From the sequence record MW218148.1: a stretch of DNA of 64,000 nucleotides. One strand, written 5' to 3'. The notes beneath the pieces are model-generated. The model was not told where the DNA came from. It ran no database searches and was given only the letters and a program-made list of their open reading frames with translations. Below are positions 37,212 through 46,678 of this stretch, in pieces. Position 1 is the first letter of the stretch. The number at the start of each line of letters is the position of its first letter. A program made the position numbers and the translations under genes.

Positions 37212-39137
37212 ATGAACGATAACAGAACTATTAAAGTAATTAGAAAAGAAATACTTGATGAAGTACAGGATTCAATCGTAAATGAAAGAAGTTTGGATAA
37301 AAAGAAATTAACTAAATTGGGTGAGGAATTAATTGAAAATAGTATTTTTGTGTTGTATACTTCTGATGTTGATATTTATGGAGTAATGTTAATGACAGTT
37401 GAAAAGATTATTGATATTGATGTACCTGAACCAACTTTCTCTGTTTTTGATGAGGATAAAGGATATAAAATTGGTATTAACCCAGTGTTAATGGCTACAA
37501 TGGTAGATAAAGATGAAGAAATAGTTTCTATGTTCCTGCATGAAGTTATCCATGTAGCTCATTCACATTTAATTGAATTTAGACTTTTAAGAAATAAAGA
37601 AGATTCTCAATTAAAAATGTTAAGTCATTTAGGTATGGATTTATCTATATTTGAAATTGAAGAAGATTTTAGATTAGGTAAAAGAGATGCAAATACTAGT
37701 AAACAAGTTTTACCTGAAATTGCACCTAACGTAGATAAAGTTGAAAAGTATATTCGAGACAAATTTAAAAAAGATGAATTTAGATTAGCTCATGACGAAG
37801 GTTCACATTATTATATTAAGAAATTAGTTGACATCTACAAAGAAAATAACCAAGAAGACTTATTTGACTCTATGGGTGAACAAATACAACAAATGATTCA
37901 AGAGTCTTCTGATAAACAGAATCAACGTGATGAAGATTCTTTAAATGATGAAAATGAAAAGCTAAAAGAAATGTTAAATCAATTAAAGGAAATTGAAGAT
38001 AAAAATGAATTATCTGAAAAGTTAGAAGATAATAAAATTGAAAAAGAAGAAATTGATAGTTTCGAAGAGAAAGCACAAGACTATATTAATAAACTTGATG
38101 AATACAATCAAAATGATGAAGAAACTAGTAATGACACTGAAAATCAACAAAAGATAGAAGAGAAGATGAATGACTTACTAGAGTCAATGAAAGATAATTC
38201 TTCTGATAATGATTTTGATAAAGGTAATAATAGTGAACTATCAGACAAAATTCAAGAAATGAAATCTGATATACTAAATCAAATGATTCAAAATAACATG
38301 CAACAAGGTTCTGAAGGTATGCAAGGTGATGGCGGTGGAATGCAAGGAGGACAAAATGTATCTGACATGGGTAGTAATATGACTATGTCTTCTTCATTAG
38401 AAGGAAGTTCTAAATATGCAGATAAGTTTGACTCTAATCCACTTGAAGGTGATGCGACTGAAGAAAGAATGAAAGATCAATTATTTGACTTATTAGAATC
38501 AGCTAGTAGTAATAGTCGTGGCGATACTCCTGCTCATATTAAAGAACAAATTGAAATTCTTAAGCGTAAACCAAAAATCAAATGGCAAGATTATCTTAAA
38601 GCTAAAGTTGGTAAAAAGCGTTCTTCTAGTAGAAAGACTATATTAAGAAGAAATAGAAGACAACCTTATCGTAGTGATGTAAGAGGTTCTTTACCGGGTA
38701 GAAAATTAGGTAAAGTGTTTGCAGCTATTGATACTTCAGGATCAATGAGTAGAACTGAGATTGAAGAAATTATTGCTGAATTATATTATATCAGTAGTGA
38801 TATGAAAATTGATTTAGTATTAATGTTCTTCTCAACAGATGTTGAAGAAGTTGTAGAAGTAAATAGACCTAATCAATTTAACGACTATGTAATGGGTCGT
38901 GGAGGAACTTACTTCACTTCAGTATTTGAATTCTTAAATGACGATGAAAATAAGAGAAAATATGAAGTTAATAAAGATGATATACTTCTATTCTTCTCAG
39001 ATGGTTTTGGTGAAAGAGAAGTTGATTATGGTGTATTAAATGACGTTATCTGGGTAATCACTGAGGATGAAAATAATCTTTCAGTTGTTGAACCAAAAGG
39101 TAAAGTATTAAAACTAGAAATTGATCATAAAAGATAA
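37212..39137 (+). CDS. vWA-domain protein with N-terminal HExxH metallopeptidase-like domain (MoxR partner, DUF2201-like)
   Basis: LHEVIH; MIDAS DTSGS, GGT, FSDG; acidic linker; adjacent to the AAA+ gene. Confidence 0.85.
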   Translation: MNDNRTIKVIRKEILDEVQDSIVNERSLDKKKLTKLGEELIENSIFVLYTSDVDIYGVMLMTVEKIIDIDVPEPTFSVFDEDKGYKIGINPVLMATMVDKDEEIVSMFLHEVIHVAHSHLIEFRLLRNKEDSQLKMLSHLGMDLSIFEIEEDFRLGKRDANTSKQVLPEIAPNVDKVEKYIRDKFKKDEFRLAHDEGSHYYIKKLVDIYKENNQEDLFDSMGEQIQQMIQESSDKQNQRDEDSLNDENEKLKEMLNQLKEIEDKNELSEKLEDNKIEKEEIDSFEEKAQDYINKLDEYNQNDEETSNDTENQQKIEEKMNDLLESMKDNSSDNDFDKGNNSELSDKIQEMKSDILNQMIQNNMQQGSEGMQGDGGGMQGGQNVSDMGSNMTMSSSLEGSSKYADKFDSNPLEGDATEERMKDQLFDLLESASSNSRGDTPAHIKEQIEILKRKPKIKWQDYLKAKVGKKRSSSRKTILRRNRRQPYRSDVRGSLPGRKLGKVFAAIDTSGSMSRTEIEEIIAELYYISSDMKIDLVLMFFSTDVEEVVEVNRPNQFNDYVMGRGGTYFTSVFEFLNDDENKRKYEVNKDDILLFFSDGFGEREVDYGVLNDVIWVITEDENNLSVVEPKGKVLKLEIDHKR

Positions 39138-39150
39138 TTAAATATAAATT

Positions 39151-39186
39151 ACGTCAATGGATATTAATTTATCCATTGGCGTTTAT
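39151..39186 (+). terminator. Hairpin terminator
   Basis: ACGTCAATGGATA-ttaatt-TATCCATTGGCGT. Confidence 0.75.
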
Positions 39187-39220
39187 AAATTAAATTTTTT
39201 ACTAAAGGAGTTAAAAAATA

Positions 39221-41332
39221 ATGTTAGAACAATTTGTATTAGATGAACTTGATAAACTATTTAATGTAACCATTTATAATAAAGAATTTTGTAATTTAAA
39301 ACCTATGTACAATAGAAAAGATACTAAAAGTAGATCTAGACTAAATGATAATCAAGAAACTAGAGTTTACGAGAATTTGTACAATTTCTTAAATTATTCC
39401 AAAGTGGAAATGAAAAATATGGTTATGGTTAGAGATAATTATTATAAAGATAATTATTTGAAATTTCTAAAACGGGCTTTATCTAACGAAAAATTTAATG
39501 AATTATACGAAAAATACGAAGATGAAAAACTAGATTCATTTGGAAATTCATATTTAAATTCTACATTAGAGGTATGTGATAGACCTAAATATGATAAATT
39601 TAATGGTTTAGAAAATGACACTATAATGGACGATTCATTTATATTAAGAAATGCTAATGACAGTTACCACCGATTCATGAATTATGATCATGGTTTAGGT
39701 ATAACATTCTTTTCAAAAAATGCCAAAAAAGATGTTCCAAATAAAATTATACAAGTCAATTTTGAATCTATATTAGCTCTTGACGTAATGGTTTCTGATT
39801 CTTTAACAAAACAATGGCATAAAAGTATTGCACATGAAGATATACCTGATATGAATATTATCTTTGAGAATATTCCAGAAGTTATGTTTTTAATGTGTAG
39901 AATAGTATATAGAAATAATAATTTTGGATTCTTTAATAATTTAAAATCAATATATCCAAACTTTATTAAAAATAATGATGTTATAGAATATGATTTTGAA
40001 TTATGGAAATTATTGGAGAAATCAAACTTATTAACAAGTATATTGAATTTTAAAGAAATATTAGATCGTATGGATGACAGTGAAATAAAAATTGATGAAT
40101 CTATATATAAATTATTTAAGTATAATGATATTGGATTTATTGCTGATAGAAATTCAGATTTTAATATTTTAGACTATACCAGAAGAGGATTAGAAAGTAC
40201 CATTGGCGTATTAAATAGCATAATTGATAAATTTGACTCACTAAAAAGTTTAGATGATGTTTTTAAATTAACACTTAGTGATGTTAAAGTTTTAAGATAT
40301 CATGAGTTTGTTACTAAACTTTCTAATAGAGCATTAACTTCATTGAAAAAACATGTTTCTACCGATTTAGATAAATTAAATGACGAAATTTATCGTAAAA
40401 TGTTAGGAGAAAAACTGTTTGAAGTATACAAAAATATGGATGTATTGGAATATAATTTAATAAATAATTTAAAATATGATGAAAGAGTTTCTATTAAAAA
40501 TATTGAGGAAATGGGATTAGACAAAATAGTTGATAAAGCATGCAGTTTATTCGAAGAAGGACAAATAAGATTTAAAATAAATATATCTAACTTAGATGTG
40601 AGAAAACTTAAAGATTCTTCGTTTAAATTCTTAAACTCCATAGTCGAAAAAGGAGATCTGAAAAGTATCGTTATGGCTCCAAATAAAGATAGTATGGAGT
40701 ATTTCTCTAAGATATCATTAAATGAGGATTTAAATATGGATATATTTAAATCAAATTTAGAAAAAATAGAAAAAACGTTATTATCGGAATTTGATTTTGA
40801 CATAAAAGAAAATTACAGTTTTTGTATAGTTGAGTTTGATAATTTTAATTTAAGATTTAGACACAATTTTAATAATAACTATTCATATACTACAAAAAAT
40901 GCATACTTGGAATCATTCAATATTAAAAATAAAGAATTATCAAATGAAGATATTGCAACCATCTTTTTATTTTATATAAGATTTATTAATTTTGAAGATA
41001 AAAATAATCTTAGATATGAGGAAGTTGATGAAGATGGTTCAGTTAGAAAATTAAGAATCTTAAATTCTTTTTATCAAATGGATAGTGAAAGTTTATCTAA
41101 ATTCTTGTCATTAATTTTTGATAGTGTAAATCTATCTGGTGGAAGTGAAAAAATTATTAGTGAATTTTTCATCGGATTTTATTACTCGAAATTTGAATAT
41201 ATGAGTAAAGAAGGTAAAATAGAAGTTGATAAGTTCATAAATTTATTTAGTAAAATTGACTTCACCGAAGATTTTAAAAGAAGATTTAAAAAGGCTAGAT
41301 CAAAACATGTAGTAAGTAGTATATTTATTTAA
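39221..41332 (+). CDS. Large hypothetical protein (C-terminal tag variant VVSSIFI)
   Basis: 703-aa ORF, AAAGGAG RBS. Confidence 0.75.
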   Translation: MLEQFVLDELDKLFNVTIYNKEFCNLKPMYNRKDTKSRSRLNDNQETRVYENLYNFLNYSKVEMKNMVMVRDNYYKDNYLKFLKRALSNEKFNELYEKYEDEKLDSFGNSYLNSTLEVCDRPKYDKFNGLENDTIMDDSFILRNANDSYHRFMNYDHGLGITFFSKNAKKDVPNKIIQVNFESILALDVMVSDSLTKQWHKSIAHEDIPDMNIIFENIPEVMFLMCRIVYRNNNFGFFNNLKSIYPNFIKNNDVIEYDFELWKLLEKSNLLTSILNFKEILDRMDDSEIKIDESIYKLFKYNDIGFIADRNSDFNILDYTRRGLESTIGVLNSIIDKFDSLKSLDDVFKLTLSDVKVLRYHEFVTKLSNRALTSLKKHVSTDLDKLNDEIYRKMLGEKLFEVYKNMDVLEYNLINNLKYDERVSIKNIEEMGLDKIVDKACSLFEEGQIRFKINISNLDVRKLKDSSFKFLNSIVEKGDLKSIVMAPNKDSMEYFSKISLNEDLNMDIFKSNLEKIEKTLLSEFDFDIKENYSFCIVEFDNFNLRFRHNFNNNYSYTTKNAYLESFNIKNKELSNEDIATIFLFYIRFINFEDKNNLRYEEVDEDGSVRKLRILNSFYQMDSESLSKFLSLIFDSVNLSGGSEKIISEFFIGFYYSKFEYMSKEGKIEVDKFINLFSKIDFTEDFKRRFKKARSKHVVSSIFI

Positions 41333-41341
41333 ATTATAAAT

Positions 41342-41354
41342 AAGTATATATTAT
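41342..41354 (+). promoter_or_regulatory. Putative early promoter
   Basis: AAGTATATATTAT followed by a 14-bp hairpin. Confidence 0.6.
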
Positions 41355-41418
41355 ATAAGTGGATCATGTTAATATGATTCACTTATATTTAAATTTTATA
41401 ATAGGAGATGAAAATGAT

Positions 41419-42615
41419 ATGAAGAAATTAGATTTATCAGATTTTGAAAATAATAATCTATTAAGATTTGAAATCGATAAAAATTATGTAATAACAGAAA
41501 GTGAGAAAAATCAGTTTAAACAATTATTTCTGATAAATATGTCTTTTGACGATAATTATTTTGAAGATATTAGTATAGGTAATTTTAAGATTAAGCAGAT
41601 GACATATGACAAAAGTTTTATTAAATATTGTATATTGAATCATTTCTATGTAGAAAATGAATCTCTTAAAGAGTTACTAAGAGAAACTATAATCGAAGGT
41701 TTAGATTTTGTTGATACATTCGAATTTGATTTAATGGATATGCCTATGATTTACTATATTGATAGATTTTTAAGAGAAAATAATATTGATAAAAAACTTA
41801 AAATACACTTTACAAGTATGCACAGGGAACAAATATTTGATCTTTTTGATGAAAGTCTGTTAGAAGATTTCATAAAAAATGTAGAAAGTATTATGAAACA
41901 TGACATTAAAGGACTAACAAGTTCAATTCATGGATATGGAATTTATTTTGATGCTAGAGAAATAGGTAAAAGAAAAAGCATGTTGAAGTTAATGTCACTT
42001 CTTATGGATAAAGATTTTAAATACATGAGAAATAGTGATAGACTTCGTTACTTATCTTCATTCTATAGAAGATTTGAAAATGCTATTCTTAATGAGAAAG
42101 GTTTAGAGTATGTTGATAATTTATTAGAAAGTAAAATTAAATCTTTAAAATATAAAGACTTTGATAAAAAATATATACCAAGTAGACATACATTTTGTGT
42201 AATGAGAGGGATAGGTGATGGTAATCCTGAAATGGAATTTCAAGATTTAAAATCAGATTATATTAATAAAATTGGAGAAGAAATAACTGATGAAAATGAA
42301 ATTATTGATCTTGCAAGACTGAATTTCTATTATTTAGCTGAAGATGATGAACTTCATAAAATGCCTAGAAAAATGACTATAGCTGAAGAACAAAATGAGT
42401 ATTTTGATTTATTTATTAAAGAGACATTAAACTTAATAGAAAGTAATTTGACTTTAAATGAGAAGAAATCATTCATTGAGGATTATATAAATGCTAGTAC
42501 ATCACGTTTTGGAGGGGTAAGTGAATATAAAAATCTAAATGTAATAGTTAAATTATCTAAAGGTAGACTTAAAAAATTAATAATGAATGAAACTGTTAAA
42601 AAGACATTCATATAG
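41419..42615 (+). CDS. Hypothetical protein (C-terminal tag variant TVKKTFI)
   Basis: AGGAG RBS at 41403 supports ATG 41419 rather than GTG 41359. Confidence 0.7.
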   Translation: MKKLDLSDFENNNLLRFEIDKNYVITESEKNQFKQLFLINMSFDDNYFEDISIGNFKIKQMTYDKSFIKYCILNHFYVENESLKELLRETIIEGLDFVDTFEFDLMDMPMIYYIDRFLRENNIDKKLKIHFTSMHREQIFDLFDESLLEDFIKNVESIMKHDIKGLTSSIHGYGIYFDAREIGKRKSMLKLMSLLMDKDFKYMRNSDRLRYLSSFYRRFENAILNEKGLEYVDNLLESKIKSLKYKDFDKKYIPSRHTFCVMRGIGDGNPEMEFQDLKSDYINKIGEEITDENEIIDLARLNFYYLAEDDELHKMPRKMTIAEEQNEYFDLFIKETLNLIESNLTLNEKKSFIEDYINASTSRFGGVSEYKNLNVIVKLSKGRLKKLIMNETVKKTFI

Positions 42616-42631
42616 GAAGTAGGTAAAAGAA

Positions 42632-43345
42632 ATGTTAGTTAAAGAAAAGAAACTTAAAAATAGAAATGACGTTAGAATAGATCATCTAATGTCTATTAAC
42701 TTAAATGATCCTTCGGCAACAAATATAGTTAAATTTCAATTGCTAATGGAAAGTAATATTCTGGGCTGCTATATAAATAGTAGTCTAGATACTACTTTAT
42801 TTACTAAGAAAGAATTAAATAAGTATGACGAGTTTATCAACTTTGTAATTGATAAATATGAAAACGATGGTCTTACTATTAATTCTAAGTCAGATGAACA
42901 GTTAACAGGTCTAATTAGAAAAGCTTCCGTAACTAGATTATTTAAGATGATAAATCCTATAGATTTAACTATAGATAATGAAAATCTATTTATAACCAGA
43001 CTAAAAAATGTTAAATCTAATCTTAAAGAGAATGATAGTAAAGACTTAGCTTATTACATTTATACTAATTTTAGAGAGGATACTCCATTAGATAGATTAA
43101 GAGGATTAATCAATAATCCACATTTAACTTCGGTATTTGAGTATTTAATGAATGGTAATTTACTTAGAGAAATTGATGAGGAATTACTGTATAAATGGAT
43201 CATGTTTATTGATTTTGAAATAGACAATATTAAAGGTCCAAACCATTACAGACTTAAACATAGTTTAGTCAATGTCATTAATAAATACAATAATATACAA
43301 GAGGCTAAGGGTTATTTAGGTTATGATAGATTAGAACTAGAATAA
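42632..43345 (+). CDS. Hypothetical protein
   Basis: 237-aa ORF. Confidence 0.7.
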   Translation: MLVKEKKLKNRNDVRIDHLMSINLNDPSATNIVKFQLLMESNILGCYINSSLDTTLFTKKELNKYDEFINFVIDKYENDGLTINSKSDEQLTGLIRKASVTRLFKMINPIDLTIDNENLFITRLKNVKSNLKENDSKDLAYYIYTNFREDTPLDRLRGLINNPHLTSVFEYLMNGNLLREIDEELLYKWIMFIDFEIDNIKGPNHYRLKHSLVNVINKYNNIQEAKGYLGYDRLELE

Positions 43346-43350
43346 TTAAT

Positions 43351-43382
43351 TCCCAATACCTATTATATAATGGGTATTGGGA
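43351..43382. terminator. Bidirectional terminator
   Basis: TCCCAATACC / GGTATTGGGA between convergent genes. Confidence 0.75.
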
Positions 43383-43400
43383 TATTTTATAATTATTTTT

Positions 43401-43676
43401 TTACTTCATGCTGTCTAATTCTGCTAATTTTAATTTAGCTTTAGTCGCATATTTTTGACGGATCATGTCACGCCATTTTTTACGAGCACGAGCAGCTTTT
43501 TGATATTTAAAGTAGATTGGGTCTTGAGCCTCTTTAGCTGCAACCAATGCTAATTGGTTTAATCTACGTTTACGTTTAGTTCTATCATCTAAACGCATGA
43601 TATTTTGTTCACGTAAAAGAGCTTCATCTGTAGCTTTCATGATAGACTCTTCAAGTGGAGTAATATTATTTTTCAT
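43401..43676 (-). CDS. Small, very basic protein, probably late/virion
   Basis: AAAGGAAG RBS, Arg/Lys-rich C-terminal helix, CGT-rich codons, AACA-N7-TA upstream. Confidence 0.7.
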   Translation of the reverse strand: MKNNITPLEESIMKATDEALLREQNIMRLDDRTKRKRRLNQLALVAAKEAQDPIYFKYQKAARARKKWRDMIRQKYATKAKLKLAELDSMK

Positions 43677-43719
43677 AATGGAAGATCTTCCTTTCTTTTA
43701 TTATTCATTATAATGATTA

Positions 43720-43732
43720 TAAGAATTATGTT
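43720..43732 (-). promoter_or_regulatory. Possible late promoter AACA-N7-TA
   Basis: AACA TAATTCT TA on the minus strand. Confidence 0.35.
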
Positions 43733-43775
43733 TCAATTAATAGCGAAGAAAAAATTATTAGGCTACAATAACTTA

Positions 43776-43788
43776 ATTTATATATTAT
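43776..43788 (+). promoter_or_regulatory. Putative early promoter
   Basis: ATTTATATATTAT. Confidence 0.5.
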
Positions 43789-43796
43789 GATGGGAG

Positions 43797-45764
43797 TTGT
43801 CGAATTTTATTATGGTTAATCAAACGGATAAATATAAAAGAAAAAGAGTAATAAAAAGAAAAAGAGCAATAACTGGATATGTTGAAAAACTAATTGAAGC
43901 AGTAAAAATTAAAAGACCTGATGCTGATAGAGAAACTATTATTAAGATATGTAGAGAATATATAAAGAAAAATGTAGATCCAGCTTTGCTAGAAATATCA
44001 GGACAGAAGATGAATGTTGATACAACACTTAGAAATGTAATTGATAATAATTTAATTGTAACGGGTTCAGGTTCTATTTATCAACCTCAATCTCAAAGAA
44101 AAAATTTAAATGCAGATATGTTAAAAGACTTTATTGATTCACGTAAAGTTGCTAAACATAACATGTTTTTAAATAAAGGTAAAGATCAAGTAGCTCATGA
44201 TAAATACATGAATGAACAGAAAACGATTAAGATCTTAGCTAACAGTTACTATGGTGCAATGATACAGAAAAATAGTATCTTCTTTGATGCTAACTCTGGA
44301 CCAGCAATTACTTATAGTGGTGTTGATATAGTAACTACTTCTGCAATAGCTTTAGAAAGATTTGTAGGTGGAAATATATTCTTTATGAATATATCTGAAA
44401 TCACTAACTATATTTTAAGAATTATTTCTGAAGATTATAAAGATCATGATATTAAAGTTAAAACAATTCCAACGGATAAGGAAATACTTAAGGGATTAGT
44501 TGATAATGTAGAAAATGAATATACTGAAGATGAATATAATAAACTAGATGATTTCTTCAGTTTACTTTCTCAAGAAGATAAAAGTAAGGTATATTTTAAA
44601 AATAACTTAGTTGGTTTAATTGATCATACTGATATATTTGAGAATAAAATTGGTAAAATGACTGGTAGAAAAGATTTCTTAGACCCAAATGAACCTCCTG
44701 AAGACATGAAAGCGCAATTGGATGAGTTATTTAGTATATTAGAGGATTGGGTTATCTATAATTATCAAGATTATAATAGAATGTATAGAATGAACTATAA
44801 GAAACGTAGAAGTGTATTGACTGTGGACACAGATTCCAATTTCGTGCACTTAGATCCATTATATGAGAAATTTAAATCATTAAAACCAGAAGACTTTCCA
44901 ATTGCAGAAAATGGTTTAGAAGATAAATTAGAAGAACGTGTATCTAATATATCTATTATCAACTATCAATTAACTAAATTATTAGAATTAACTTATTATA
45001 GATTCTGTAAGGACTTAGGATTAGAAGAAGAACACTTAGGTGTTATATCAATGAAAAATGAGTTCCTTTTAGATAAACAATTAACAACGGATAAAAAGAA
45101 AACTTATGCTTCATCAGTAATTCAACAAGAGGGTAATTTAGTTCAACCACCAGACTTAGATGTTAAAGGTATGGCTATACGTAAAGTAAATACAAATAAA
45201 CGTATCAGAGAATTATTTACTGAGATATTACAAAAAGATATCTTGGAAAGTAAAACTGGTGTTGATCGTATTAAAATAATACGTAAATTTAAATCTATTG
45301 AAGAGATGATTAAGAAGTCATTAGATAATGGTGAAATAGAATTCTTAAAACCATTTAAAGCAAATAATGCTGAAGTTTATAAAGATCCATATTCACAAAT
45401 GGCATATAGAGCGGCTTTAGCTTGGAATATAATGTATCCAGAGAAAGAGATATCTCTTCCAGCTAATATCTTGGCAGTTAAACTGAATATTACATCATTT
45501 GGAGATATTAAAAATAAAATATCTGACGAGGATACAATTGATAGATTTAGAGAAGTATTTAAAAATGAAAAACTAGTTAAGAATGGTTTAAATGTAATAG
45601 CAGTAGAAGGAAATACTATTCCAGAAGAGTTTAGACCATTTATTGATTATGATAGTATGATAGAAGATCATATTAAACCGGGTAAAGATATTATTGAATC
45701 TATTGGTGTTAAAGTATTAGCTTCTTCAAATAGTTCATTCGTATCTAATATGATAAAATTCTAA
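43797..45764 (+). CDS. Family B DNA polymerase, C-terminal (motif B/C) subunit
   Basis: KILANSYYG (motif B), VDTDS (motif C), KKTYA, DVKG; lacks motif A and exonuclease. Confidence 0.85.
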   Translation: MSNFIMVNQTDKYKRKRVIKRKRAITGYVEKLIEAVKIKRPDADRETIIKICREYIKKNVDPALLEISGQKMNVDTTLRNVIDNNLIVTGSGSIYQPQSQRKNLNADMLKDFIDSRKVAKHNMFLNKGKDQVAHDKYMNEQKTIKILANSYYGAMIQKNSIFFDANSGPAITYSGVDIVTTSAIALERFVGGNIFFMNISEITNYILRIISEDYKDHDIKVKTIPTDKEILKGLVDNVENEYTEDEYNKLDDFFSLLSQEDKSKVYFKNNLVGLIDHTDIFENKIGKMTGRKDFLDPNEPPEDMKAQLDELFSILEDWVIYNYQDYNRMYRMNYKKRRSVLTVDTDSNFVHLDPLYEKFKSLKPEDFPIAENGLEDKLEERVSNISIINYQLTKLLELTYYRFCKDLGLEEEHLGVISMKNEFLLDKQLTTDKKKTYASSVIQQEGNLVQPPDLDVKGMAIRKVNTNKRIRELFTEILQKDILESKTGVDRIKIIRKFKSIEEMIKKSLDNGEIEFLKPFKANNAEVYKDPYSQMAYRAALAWNIMYPEKEISLPANILAVKLNITSFGDIKNKISDEDTIDRFREVFKNEKLVKNGLNVIAVEGNTIPEEFRPFIDYDSMIEDHIKPGKDIIESIGVKVLASSNSSFVSNMIKF

Positions 45765-45791
45765 TGTGATAGAAATAATTAATAGATTTAA

Positions 45792-45804
45792 AAATATATA
45801 TTAT
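45792..45804 (+). promoter_or_regulatory. Putative early promoter
   Basis: AAATATATATTAT followed by a hairpin. Confidence 0.6.
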
Positions 45805-45879
45805 AAAAATGTAAATATAAAGTCGGTTTAATTAAACTGACTTTATAATTTAATACTACATCAATGGAGGATATCAATA

Positions 45880-46587
45880 ATGTATAAAGAAGAAGAGATG
45901 AATACAGGTCATATAGTTGCAGATTGTGATGAGGTTTTAGTTAATATATCACCTAAGATAGTACAACTAATGCATGAGGATTTTGATTATTATAATCAAT
46001 TCTTCAGATTATCTCAAGATTTTGATTATTCAAAACACTATAACACTGTACTTAACCGACCTGAGTACTATATAGATCAATGGTTAGTTAGAAAAGATGT
46101 ATATGATAAATTCTCAGAAAAAGAAGTCAATGAAGCTAGGTCAAGACTTCAGAATGAAATTATATTTAAGAAAGACTTATACGAATATTTAGAACCAACT
46201 AATTTAGGTAAGAGTTTATCATATACAATTAATACACCTTTAATGAATAGACTATCTATAGTTACTAAAACTTCTGATAACAATCTAAAATCTAAAGAGA
46301 AATTCTTAAAAACATTATTTAAAGGTAGTATGGAAAAAGTTGATATCTATTATCTTGAATCAGATGAGAAAAAGTCTGATGTAGTTAATACTCTTGGTTA
46401 TGTTACTAGAATATATGAGGATGAAACTAGTAATATTAAAGACATTATTATGAATTGTGATAATGTATCTCAAACTGGAATAGATATTCCTTCTTTAGGT
46501 TACAATCAAAATATAGATGAGTCAACTATAATGAAAGCTAAAGAAAAGAAAGTAGATCTAAATTACTTTAGTTATTTAGGTAATTAA
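45880..46587 (+). CDS. HAD-family phosphatase, 5-prime-deoxyribonucleotidase-like
   Basis: IVADCDEVL (DxD motif I), IVTK (II), K..FL (III), IYEDE (IV). Confidence 0.65.
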   Translation: MYKEEEMNTGHIVADCDEVLVNISPKIVQLMHEDFDYYNQFFRLSQDFDYSKHYNTVLNRPEYYIDQWLVRKDVYDKFSEKEVNEARSRLQNEIIFKKDLYEYLEPTNLGKSLSYTINTPLMNRLSIVTKTSDNNLKSKEKFLKTLFKGSMEKVDIYYLESDEKKSDVVNTLGYVTRIYEDETSNIKDIIMNCDNVSQTGIDIPSLGYNQNIDESTIMKAKEKKVDLNYFSYLGN

Positions 46588-46595
46588 AACAAATT

Positions 46596-46650
46596 AGTCA
46601 TGTTGAGCTTATAGCTTAACATGGCTTTTATATAGTTATTTTTTTTTTTA
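46596..46650 (+). terminator. Hairpin terminator
   Basis: AGTCATGTTGAGC-ttata-GCTTAACATGGCT plus T tracts. Confidence 0.65.
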
Positions 46651-46678
46651 TAAAATAAGATTGGAAGTGAATTAATAA

